In this document: positions 8,890-19,729 of the stretch, one piece after another | Layout: each line of letters opens with the position of its first letter | How positions within the stretch are numbered: position 1 is the first letter of the stretch | Origin: an uncultured Rubrivirga sp. | GTDB lineage: Bacteria > Actinomycetota > Actinomycetes > S36-B12 | Length of the DNA stretch: 64,000 bases | Direction of reading: 5' to 3' | Assembly (NCBI GenBank): GCA_964550285.1 | Contig: CAZJYN010000002.1 | Location: 3,646 to 67,645, forward strand | Translations under genes and position numbers: made by a program | The notes under the pieces: generated by a model | The model's input: only the letters and a program-made list of their open reading frames with translations | What the model was told of the DNA's origin: nothing | Databases searched by the model: none

Positions 8890-9309
8890 TTAGCGATGGG
8901 CGGGCAGGTCCTCGGGGCCGAAGCCGTCCGGGAGCAGGACGGACAACGGGGTTGGCCCACCCACGCGGTCGATGATCAGGTCCGCTCCGCCGTGTTCCCA
9001 CAGCAGTTGCCGGCAACGTCCGCACGGCAGCAGCGGTCCGGGGTTCGGGCCCACGCAGGCGAACGCGACGAGGCGGGACTTGCGATCAGGTGGGCTGGTG
9101 CGCACGAGTTCGCTTACCAACCCGCACTCGGCGCACAAGGTGGTGCCGATCGAGGCGTTCTCCACGTTGCAGCCGGTCACGATGCGGCCGTCGTCGGTGA
9201 GGGCGGCGGCGCCGACCGGGTGCTGGGAGTAGGGGGCGTAGGCGTGTTCACGGGCCTGCTCGGCGGCTAAGCGAAGGGCGTCCCAATCGATATCGGTCAC
9301 GAGCGGCAC
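8890..9309 (-). CDS. cdd: cytidine deaminase
   Basis: 139 aa. Zinc motifs CAECGLVSE and PCGRCRQLL. GTG start at 9309. Confidence 0.9.
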   Translation of the reverse strand: MPLVTDIDWDALRLAAEQAREHAYAPYSQHPVGAAALTDDGRIVTGCNVENASIGTTLCAECGLVSELVRTSPPDRKSRLVAFACVGPNPGPLLPCGRCRQLLWEHGGADLIIDRVGGPTPLSVLLPDGFGPEDLPAHR

Positions 9310-9369
9310 GTTATTCCAGGTTAGGCCCTTAACCTGGAATAACGACTCCGCTATTCCAGGTTAAGGGCC
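9310..9369 (-). promoter_or_regulatory. three-arm repeat (14-bp perfect hairpin plus a third competing arm) abutting the cdd start codon
   Basis: 9310-9323 GTTATTCCAGGTTA pairs with 9330-9343 TAACCTGGAATAAC. 9350-9369 GCTATTCCAGGTTAAGGGCC matches the reverse complement of 9324-9343 at 19 of 20 positions. Confidence 0.5.
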
Positions 9370-9374
9370 GACCG

Positions 9375-9608
9375 CTAGTCGATTCGGGCTATCTCCTGGC
9401 CCTGCTTCGCGGTGCCTTCCTCCTCGACGAGGCAAGTGATGGTTCCGGCGATCGGGGCCTCGACATCGACCGAGACCTTGTCCACCATGACCTCGGCGAC
9501 GACCTGGCCGGCCTTGACGGTTTCGCCGGTGTTGGCGAACCAGGTGGCCACGACCCCTTCGGCGTCCGGATCGTTCGACATCTCAGGGAACGAGATGGTC
9601 TCGCTCAT
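9375..9608 (-). CDS. free-standing lipoyl-attachment domain protein (77 aa)
   Basis: Trimmed to MSETISFPEMSNDPDAEGVVATWFANTGETVKAGQVVAEVMVDKVSVDVEAPIAGTI..., a single biotinyl/lipoyl hybrid-barrel domain with a candidate lipoyl-Lys in VMVDKVSV. ATGA overlap with the E1 beta stop. No peripheral-subunit-binding or acyltransferase domain follows. Confidence 0.7.
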   Translation of the reverse strand: MSETISFPEMSNDPDAEGVVATWFANTGETVKAGQVVAEVMVDKVSVDVEAPIAGTITCLVEEEGTAKQGQEIARID

Positions 9609-10627
9609 GCAGTCACCTTCGCGATCGCGGCCTTGATCTTGTCTCGCGTGGGCAGTGCCTCGTACTCCAGCACCCGTGCGTATGGCACCGGGACATCCGG
9701 GTAGCACACCCGCTCCACGGGGGCCTTGAGCATGCTCGGATCCGTATCGGCGATCGTGGCGACGATCTCCCCACTGAGTCCGAAGGACTTGTAGTCCTCA
9801 TCGACGATTACCAGTTTTCCGGTCTTCGCGACCGAGGACAAGATCGCCTCGCGATCCAGCGGCACTAGCGAGCGCAGGTCGATGACCTCGACACTGGTGG
9901 TGCCTTCGAGTTCCTCGGCGACGTCCAGGCAATGCTGGACCGAGATGGACAAGCTCACCACCGTCACATCCGAGCCTTCGTGCGCGATGGCGGCCTTGCC
10001 GATCGGCACGGTGTACTCCTCTTCGGGCACCGGACCGATGGAACGCGGATTCTTGGCCATCCAGGGCAGGCCCATCACACCTTTGTGGAACATGAAGACA
10101 ACCGGATTGTCGTCCCGGATCGCCGAGATCATCAGGCCTTTCGCGTCGTACGGGTTCGACGGCACCACGATCTTCATACCCGGCATATGCGCGAACGTGG
10201 CCCACAGGCACTGGGAGTGCTGCGCGGCATCTGAGTAGCCACCACCCACCGCGGTCATCAGCACCATCGGCACCTTCACGTTGCCACCGGACTCGTAGTG
10301 GATCTTGGCCATGTGGTTGTAGATCTGGTCGAAGCAGACCCCGAAGAAGTCGACGAACATCAATTCGACCACCGGCCGCAGACCTTCGACGGCGGCACCG
10401 ATGCCGGCCCCGATGAAGCCGGTCTCGGAGATGGGGGTATCGATGATGCGGGTGGAGCCGAACTCCTCGAACAGCCCGCCGGTGGATCCGAAGATTCCGC
10501 CGTAAGGGCCGACGTCCTCGCCCATGACGAACACGTCGGGGTTGGCGCGCATCTCCTGGGCAATGCCCTCGGAGATCGCCTTGGCGGTGGTGACCCGGCG
10601 CGTGCCGGCGTCGATCGTTGCGGTCAT
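9605..10627 (-). CDS. 2-oxoacid (acetoin/pyruvate-type) dehydrogenase E1 component beta subunit
   Basis: 340 aa. GEDVGPYGGIFGSTGGL...RIIDTPISETGFIGAGIGAA...QHSQC...PGMKIVVPSNPYDAKGL is the transketolase-like pyrimidine-binding plus C-terminal domain pattern of AcoB/PdhB. Confidence 0.9.
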   Translation of the reverse strand: MTATIDAGTRRVTTAKAISEGIAQEMRANPDVFVMGEDVGPYGGIFGSTGGLFEEFGSTRIIDTPISETGFIGAGIGAAVEGLRPVVELMFVDFFGVCFDQIYNHMAKIHYESGGNVKVPMVLMTAVGGGYSDAAQHSQCLWATFAHMPGMKIVVPSNPYDAKGLMISAIRDDNPVVFMFHKGVMGLPWMAKNPRSIGPVPEEEYTVPIGKAAIAHEGSDVTVVSLSISVQHCLDVAEELEGTTSVEVIDLRSLVPLDREAILSSVAKTGKLVIVDEDYKSFGLSGEIVATIADTDPSMLKAPVERVCYPDVPVPYARVLEYEALPTRDKIKAAIAKVTA

Positions 10628-10663
10628 GTCGTTATCCCTCTCGTCTTTGGTCTCTCGACGCCG

Positions 10664-11644
10664 TCACGCGAATACGTGCAAGTAGGCGTCGCTGGGCTTG
10701 GGTTCCGGGCTGGAAGTGGCGAAGTCGATCGCGGCCTGGACTTCGGCTTCGGCTTCGGCCTTGATTTGCGCGGCCTGCTCCTCGGTGAGCAGCCCCGCGG
10801 AGAGGAGCCGCTTCTCGTAGGCGGGAATCGGATCCCGCTCGTTCGCCTCACCTAGTTCGTCCCCGCGGTAGGCCTGGGCGTCACCCTCGAAGTGGCCCCA
10901 CATGCGAACGGTGTGGATCTCCAGCAGCGTCGGTCCGCCACCGGCACGAGCACGCTCGACCGCGGTCTTGCACGCTTCGTAGATCATCTCGACGTCGTTG
11001 CCCTCCACGCGTTGGGATGGCATGCCGTAGGCCGTACCGCGCAAAGATCCATCCTTGATCGGGGTTGCGGTGTCACGCGCGACGGAGATCGCCCAATCGT
11101 TGTCCTCGATGATGAACACCACGGGCAACTTCCACATGGACGCGAGGTTCAGTGCCTCGTGGAACGCGCCCTGGTTCGCCGCCCCTTCACCCGCAACGGC
11201 GACGGCGATGTTGTCGGTGCCCTTGCGCGAGAAGGCGAGCGCCTGACCGACGGCCACCGGCATGCCCTCGGCGATGATCCCCGAGCACGAGAAATGCTGC
11301 TCCGGATCGAACAAGTGCATATGCCCGCCCTTGCCATGGCACAGACCCGTGTCGCGGCCGTAGATCTCGGCGGTCATCTTGTTGATGTCCACGCCCTTCG
11401 CCAGCGCCAGGTGATGCGGTCGGTGCGGGCCGGTGATGGCGTCGTCCTTGCCCAAGTTCGCGCACAGGCCCACCGCCACGGGCTCCTGTCCTGCCGCTAG
11501 GTGCATCTCACCGGGGATGAGCCCGGCTCCGATATCCCACTGCGGCGTCTTATCTGCGTGATAGTTCGCCTGCAGCGCTGCCTCGTATGCCCGAATTCGC
11601 ACCATTTGCCGGTAGAAATCCACTCGGGTGTCGTTGTCGACCAT
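10664..11644 (-). CDS. ThDP-dependent 2-oxoacid (acetoin/pyruvate-type) dehydrogenase E1 component alpha subunit
   Basis: Trimmed to MVDNDTRVDFYRQMVRIRAYE..., with GGCGGAAGGGG upstream of the ATG at 11644. ThDP motif GEGAANQGAFHEALNLASMW...IIEDNDWAIS. The 115-codon N-terminal extension in the ORF track is Arg/Gly-rich junk. Confidence 0.9.
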   Translation of the reverse strand: MVDNDTRVDFYRQMVRIRAYEAALQANYHADKTPQWDIGAGLIPGEMHLAAGQEPVAVGLCANLGKDDAITGPHRPHHLALAKGVDINKMTAEIYGRDTGLCHGKGGHMHLFDPEQHFSCSGIIAEGMPVAVGQALAFSRKGTDNIAVAVAGEGAANQGAFHEALNLASMWKLPVVFIIEDNDWAISVARDTATPIKDGSLRGTAYGMPSQRVEGNDVEMIYEACKTAVERARAGGGPTLLEIHTVRMWGHFEGDAQAYRGDELGEANERDPIPAYEKRLLSAGLLTEEQAAQIKAEAEAEVQAAIDFATSSPEPKPSDAYLHVFA

Positions 11645-11842
11645 GTCGCCCCTTCCGCCTGTTCGTCCACCTGTCCTTCGTCCAGGTGCTAATCGCCTGT
11701 CCGCGCGGTGGGTAGCTACGAGCCTGCCCCCGCGGCACCCGCACCGGAAGGGGCAAAATTTCAAATAGCGGCACACGGACCGGCCAATGCGGACTAACGT
11801 CGAACACCTCGGGGGAAGGTCCGCTCGATCCTGCGAGGTTCG

Positions 11843-12600
11843 ATGGTCGCCTGCGACAGTTCGCCGACGTTGATCCAATCGGTGCAACGCGCGTTGCACT
11901 TGATCGAAGCCGTTAGCGCACGAGACGGTCGGGCCCACGCGAAGGAATTGGCGCGCGATCTCGAATTGACTCCCTCGACCACCTACCACCTGCTACGAAC
12001 CCTGACCCACGAGGGATACCTGCGCAGGCTCGACGACGGCAGCTACGTACTCGGCCCGACCCTCACCCAGGTGGCGAGCTGCGATCCACTCGCTGCCACG
12101 CTCGCGCGAGTTCGACCCGCGATGCAAGGGCTACGCGACGAAGTCCGGGCGCCGGTGTATCTCGCGCTGTACAGCGACGGCGAGATCACCGTCGAGGAGA
12201 TCGTCGACTCCCCCAAGGCTCCCTCGATCGACCTATGGGTGGGGATGCACGATTCCGCGCACGCGACCGCGCTGGGCAAGTGCATCCTGGCCGCACTACC
12301 CGATGCTCAGCGACGGGACTACCTAGCTCGTCATCCCCTGCACTCCTTGACCCGGCGCACCGTCACCGACGCCCGCCGACTCGAAGATGAAATCCACCAC
12401 GCTGGTGCAATCGTGCACGACGCCGAGGAGTACGCGATCGGCGTGCACTGTCGCGCGGCACCGGTCGTAACACCCCAAGTGGTGGGTGCGGTGGCCGTGG
12501 CACACAGCCGGAAACCGATCCTTACCGAATACGAACTCGATTCCGCGCTCACCAGAAGCGCGCAGCGGATCCAACGTTCGCTGGCGCTGCCCATCTCGGC

Positions 12601-12604
<4 letters not shown>
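11843..12604 (+). CDS. IclR-family transcriptional regulator
   Basis: 253 aa. N-terminal wHTH ([12 protein letters not shown]...[28 protein letters not shown]) plus an IclR effector domain. Divergent from the E1 alpha gene. Confidence 0.85.
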
Positions 12605-14178
<1,574 letters not shown>

Positions 14179-14349
14179 GGCCCAAACCCTAGGGTGCGAT
14201 CGCCAGTTCGCCGGATGGGCTGTGAGCCGGAACACCTGGGGACCTCACGCACCCGCCGGGCCGAGTGGCCGAACCCGGGATACTCTGTGCGTCGTACCAG
14301 GTTGCGGCTCCCGCTCCTGAGTCAACCGCCGAGTAGAGGAGGAGTTCCG

Positions 14350-14748
14350 GTGGCCACCACCACGCCCGTCGGGACGCTGTATCGCGGCGGTGAAGGCATG
14401 TGGACCTGGGTCCTACATCGCATCACCGGAGTGGGCGTCTTCTTCTTCTTGTTCGTGCACGTCTTGGACACCGCCTTGGTGCGGGTTTCGCCCGAGGCCT
14501 ACGACACCATCATCGCGACCTACAAGACGCCGATCGTGGCGCTGCTGGAGGTCGGGCTCGTGGGGGCCGTGCTGTTCCACGCACTCAACGGCCTACGGGT
14601 CATCGCGGTGGACTTCTGGTCCAAGGGGCCACGCTTCCAGCGCCAGATGACCTGGGGCATCGCCGCCGTATGGCTGGTCGTGATGCTCCCGGGCGCCTAC
14701 TACATGTTGATGCACTCCATCGAGGCACTGTTCGGGAGCACCCCATGA
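14350..14748 (+). CDS. sdhC: succinate dehydrogenase cytochrome b subunit
   Basis: GTG start 6 nt after AGAGGAGGAG. 132 aa, three TM segments (HRITGVGVFFFLFVHVLD...). First gene of the sdhCDAB order. Confidence 0.8.
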   Translation: MATTTPVGTLYRGGEGMWTWVLHRITGVGVFFFLFVHVLDTALVRVSPEAYDTIIATYKTPIVALLEVGLVGAVLFHALNGLRVIAVDFWSKGPRFQRQMTWGIAAVWLVVMLPGAYYMLMHSIEALFGSTP

Positions 14749-15152
14749 GCGCGCCAAGTATCGAAACCCCCCGTTCGCTGAGCCGGCGCAACGCCCAGCG
14801 CAGCAACTTCGAGCTCTATTCGTGGCTGTTCATGCGGGTATCGGGCATCGTTCTTGTGTTCTTGGTGCTCGGCCATCTGTTCATCATGAATTTCCTCGAC
14901 GGCGGTGTGCAGCGCATCAACTTCGCTTTCGTGGCGGGCCGCTGGGCCAGCCCGTTCTGGCAGGTCTGGGACCTCACGATGCTGTGGCTGGCGATGCTGC
15001 ATGGCACCAACGGCATGCGCACGATCATCAATGACTACGCCGAGCGCGACCAGACCCGCTTTTGGCTGAAGATGGTGCTGTACGTGTCCTCAGCCTTCAT
15101 CATCCTCCTCGGGACGCTCGTCATCTTCACCTTCGATCCGAACCTCGGTTAG
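14745..15152 (+). CDS. sdhD: succinate dehydrogenase hydrophobic membrane anchor subunit
   Basis: ATGA overlap with sdhC. 135 aa, three TM segments ([22 protein letters not shown]...). Confidence 0.8.
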   Translation: MSAPSIETPRSLSRRNAQRSNFELYSWLFMRVSGIVLVFLVLGHLFIMNFLDGGVQRINFAFVAGRWASPFWQVWDLTMLWLAMLHGTNGMRTIINDYAERDQTRFWLKMVLYVSSAFIILLGTLVIFTFDPNLG

Positions 15153-15171
15153 TAGAGAGGCGTGTAGCGAC

Positions 15172-16925
<1,754 letters not shown>

Positions 16926-16926
<1 letters not shown>

Positions 16927-17684
16927 TGGCAGCCGTTGTCGAGGAGACGATCGTCCCGGAGGCCGAGGTCCCGGTCGCGACCGATGTCACCTTCCGTATC
17001 CGTCGATTCCTGCCCGATGTGGACGAAGACGCCCACTGGGAGGACTACACCGTCGCCCTCTTCCCCACCGACCGTGTACTGACCGCGCTGGAGAAGATCA
17101 AGGGCGAACTCGACGGCACCTTGAGCTTCCGGCGCTCCTGCGGGCACGGGATCTGCGGCTCGGACGCCATGCGCATCAACGGGCGCAATCGGTTGGCGTG
17201 CAAGACCCTCGTCAAGGACCTCGACATCAAGAAGCCGATCACGGTCGAACCCATCAAGGGTCTGCCGGTCGAGAAGGACATGATCGTCGACATGGAGCCG
17301 TTCTTCGCGGCCTACCGGCAGGTGCTGCCGTTCTTGATCCCCGAGGGTCACGAGCCGACCCGCGAGCGGCTGCAATCGGCCGAGGATCGCGCCCGCTTCG
17401 ATGACACCACCAAATGCATCCTGTGCGCCGCGTGCACCACTTCCTGCCCGGTCTACTGGACCGACGGACAGTACTTCGGGCCGGCTGCGATGGTCGCCGC
17501 GCACCGGTTCATCTTCGATAGCCGCGACTCGGGCTTCGAGCAGCGCCTCGAGGTGCTCAACGACAAGGAGGGTGTGTGGCGTTGCCGCACCACCTTCAAC
17601 TGCACCGATGCCTGCCCCCGCGGCATCCAGGTCACCAAGGCGATTCAAGAGGTCAAGCGCGCCCTGATCTTCCGCCGCGTCTAA
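16926..17684 (+). CDS. sdhB: succinate dehydrogenase iron-sulfur subunit
   Basis: 252 aa. Cys clusters CGHGICGSDAMRING, CILCAACTTSCP and CTDACP. Start overlaps the sdhA stop. Confidence 0.95.
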
Positions 17685-17707
17685 CCCCCTAGCCCTCCCC
17701 CGCCCCT

Positions 17708-17835
17708 GCGCCGAAAGGGCAGTTTCCGCCCGCCGAAAGGGCAGTTTTTCCACTTCGAGTGGGCAGTGGCGTATGCCACTGCCCACTCGTTTAAGTGAAA
17801 CTGCCCTTTCGGCGTCTAGAAACTGCCCTTTCGCG
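17708..17835. repeat. triple-nested palindromic intergenic repeat, copy 1 (between sdhB and the convergent 2-hydroxyacid dehydrogenase gene)
   Basis: Outer stem 17712-17726/17819-17833 (15 bp), middle stem 17732-17747/17798-17813 (16 bp), core hairpin 17756-17770/17775-17789 (15 bp, loop GTAT). All stems are perfect. The arms are variants of CGARRGGGCAGT. Confidence 0.85.
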
Positions 17836-18814
17836 GGTGGGGTGGGGGCGTGAGTGCCTCGGGGTTCTTGGGGTGCGCGGGTAGCCGGCCGGCAACCACG
17901 TCCAGCACCGCCTGCGTGGCCTGCTCGGTCATCGCTTCGATGGAACGGTGGCTGAGTCCGGCGATGTGCGGGGACATGATGACCGTCGGTGAGTGGGGCA
18001 GCGGGGAATCCCCGATCGGCTCGCGGGCGAAGGTATCGATACCCGCCCCACCGAGGTGGCCGCTTCGGATGGATTCGGCGAGGGCTGCCTCGTCGACGAT
18101 TCCTCCGCGCGAGACGTTGACGATGGCAGAACCCGGCTTCATAGACGCGAACGCCCCTGCGCCCAGCAAGCCCTTCGTCCCCTCGGTCAATGGGGCATGG
18201 ACGCTGACGACATCGCTGCGCTCGAGCAAGGTCGGTAGGTCGACGAGTTCGGTGCCTTCGGGAGCTGCCGACAGGTAAGGGTCGTAGACGATGACCGTCG
18301 TGCCGAATGCCAGGAGTCGGCGGATGACCGCCCGACCGATCACTCCCGAACCCACGAGCCCAACGGTTGCCCCGTACAAGTCGCTAGGCGTCAAGGCCCC
18401 CGCCCGGTCCCAGCGTCCCTCGCGGATCGCTGCATCGTTCTCCACGAGCTTGCGTTGTAGCGCCAAGATCATCGCGAGCGCATGGTCGGCCACGGCCTCC
18501 TCGTTGGCCCCCGGAGTCGTGGCGACGATCACGCCCGCGTCGGTAGCGGCTGCCATGTCGATCGCATCGACCCCGACCCCCGTGCGGGCGATCACCCGCA
18601 GATTCGGGCACGCCTCGAACACCGAGGCATCGAACGGATCCGTGCTCGCGATGACGCCGATCGCATCGCCGAGGATCTCGGCGAGTTGCGCGGGGGTTCG
18701 ATTGCTCGTGCGCGGATGCAGCCGAACCGTCAAACCCGCTTCGCGCAACAAGGCCCCCGTAGTGGGTCCGTTAACGTCGTAGACGGGCCAGGTGACGACT
18801 ACATCGGAGGTCAT
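17816..18814 (-). CDS. D-isomer-specific 2-hydroxyacid dehydrogenase (PGDH/glyoxylate reductase-like)
   Basis: Trimmed to MTSDVVVTWPVYD..., with AGGAGAAGG upstream. NAD motif GLVGSGVIGRAV and catalytic-domain pattern ...VSRGGIVDE...DTFAREP...SPHIAG. The last 5 codons (RKGSF) lie inside the palindromic repeat. Confidence 0.85.
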   Translation of the reverse strand: MTSDVVVTWPVYDVNGPTTGALLREAGLTVRLHPRTSNRTPAQLAEILGDAIGVIASTDPFDASVFEACPNLRVIARTGVGVDAIDMAAATDAGVIVATTPGANEEAVADHALAMILALQRKLVENDAAIREGRWDRAGALTPSDLYGATVGLVGSGVIGRAVIRRLLAFGTTVIVYDPYLSAAPEGTELVDLPTLLERSDVVSVHAPLTEGTKGLLGAGAFASMKPGSAIVNVSRGGIVDEAALAESIRSGHLGGAGIDTFAREPIGDSPLPHSPTVIMSPHIAGLSHRSIEAMTEQATQAVLDVVAGRLPAHPKNPEALTPPPHPRKGSF

Positions 18815-18828
18815 CGGGGAACCTTCTC

Positions 18829-19635
18829 CTAGGCGTCTTCTCGAGAGGGTGCGGTCTGCGCTTCGCCGGCTCCTTGGACGGATTGGTCGTAGTCGATCAC
18901 CGTGCCGGTCATCATCCCGGCGTCGTCGCTCAACACGAAGGCAAGAGTCTCGGCGATCTCGGCAGGCTTGATAAGCCGGCCGAACGGTTGACGCTCCTCC
19001 ACGCGTGCCAGCCAATCGTCCACGGCGTTGTGGTAGCGGCGCTGGGTGTCGTCTTCCCCGGGTGTGTCCATCCAGCCAGGATTGACCATCACCACCCGGA
19101 TGCGGTGCTGCATCAGTTGGTAGGCAAGGGAGCGGGTCATCGTCATCATCGCGCCCTTGGAAATCGAATAGGCGGTGATGAACGGAGCGCCGCCGTAGGC
19201 GGCAACCGATCCGACGTTGACGATGGACGCCGGCACACCCGCATCGCGCGCCATTCGGGCGACCCCTTGGCAGGTCAAGAATGCAGACCGCAGGTTCACG
19301 TTCATCATCTGGTCGAACAATTCGACCGAGGTGTCCCACACATCTCCGCGATCGGTGATGCCGGCGCAATTGGCCAGGTGGTGGATTACGCCGAACCTCT
19401 CGCGAGACGTTGCCAACAATTGCTCGATGCTCGCCGGATCCTCGAGGTCGGTGGGGACGAAGACCGCATCGCAGCCCTTGCCCGCCAAGTCGGCAACGAC
19501 CGCCGCCCCGCGCTCGGGATTACGACCCACGACGACCGCACCGGCCAGACCCGCATCTGCCATGCGGTTCAGCAGCGCCTCGCCGACCCCTTGGGTCGAG
19601 CCGGTCACCAATGCATTGCGGCCGCGGAAGTCCAT
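18829..19635 (-). CDS. SDR-family oxidoreductase
   Basis: Trimmed to MDFRGRNALVTGSTQGVGEA.... YSISKGA catalytic motif. 14 nt upstream of the 2-hydroxyacid dehydrogenase gene. Confidence 0.85.
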   Translation of the reverse strand: MDFRGRNALVTGSTQGVGEALLNRMADAGLAGAVVVGRNPERGAAVVADLAGKGCDAVFVPTDLEDPASIEQLLATSRERFGVIHHLANCAGITDRGDVWDTSVELFDQMMNVNLRSAFLTCQGVARMARDAGVPASIVNVGSVAAYGGAPFITAYSISKGAMMTMTRSLAYQLMQHRIRVVMVNPGWMDTPGEDDTQRRYHNAVDDWLARVEERQPFGRLIKPAEIAETLAFVLSDDAGMMTGTVIDYDQSVQGAGEAQTAPSREDA

Positions 19636-19711
19636 GCCGTTCCCCTCGTCGTACCTGGAGTTAGTGACGGTGTCACCGGTTCCACTGGAAGGTACCGACC
19701 CGGGCACCCGA

Positions 19712-19729
19712 TGTCTACACGCGTAGACA
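19712..19729. promoter_or_regulatory. candidate LacI-type operator, site 1 (TGTCTACACGCGTAGACA)
   Basis: 18-bp palindrome with one mismatched central pair. Its core TCTACACGCGTAGA is identical to 23499-23512. The core lies 79 nt upstream of the SDR start (19635) and the site abuts the LacI stop codon. Confidence 0.5.

Noticed and set aside
10664-11989. Long N-terminal extensions in the ORF track: E1 alpha to 11989, 2-hydroxyacid dehydrogenase to 19369, SDR to 19935, sucC to 57324, icd frame from 43951 and sdhC frame from 13969.
   Set aside because: The extensions are Arg/Pro/Gly-rich, overlap neighbouring genes or promoters, and precede internal starts that have good SD sequences and canonical family N-termini. 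Starts were trimmed accordingly.
14179-14349. Possible cobalamin riboswitch in the divergent region upstream of the mutase gene.
   Set aside because: I could not find a B12-box-like element or the expected conserved stems on either strand. The region reads like an ordinary divergent promoter with the sdhC RBS.
19660-19680. GTGAC-GGT-GTCAC inverted repeat upstream of the SDR gene, considered as a CRP/GlxR-type site.
   Set aside because: The spacing (5+3+5) does not fit the TGTGA-N6-TCACA geometry. It is short enough to occur by chance, and the neighbouring 18-bp palindrome is a much better operator candidate.
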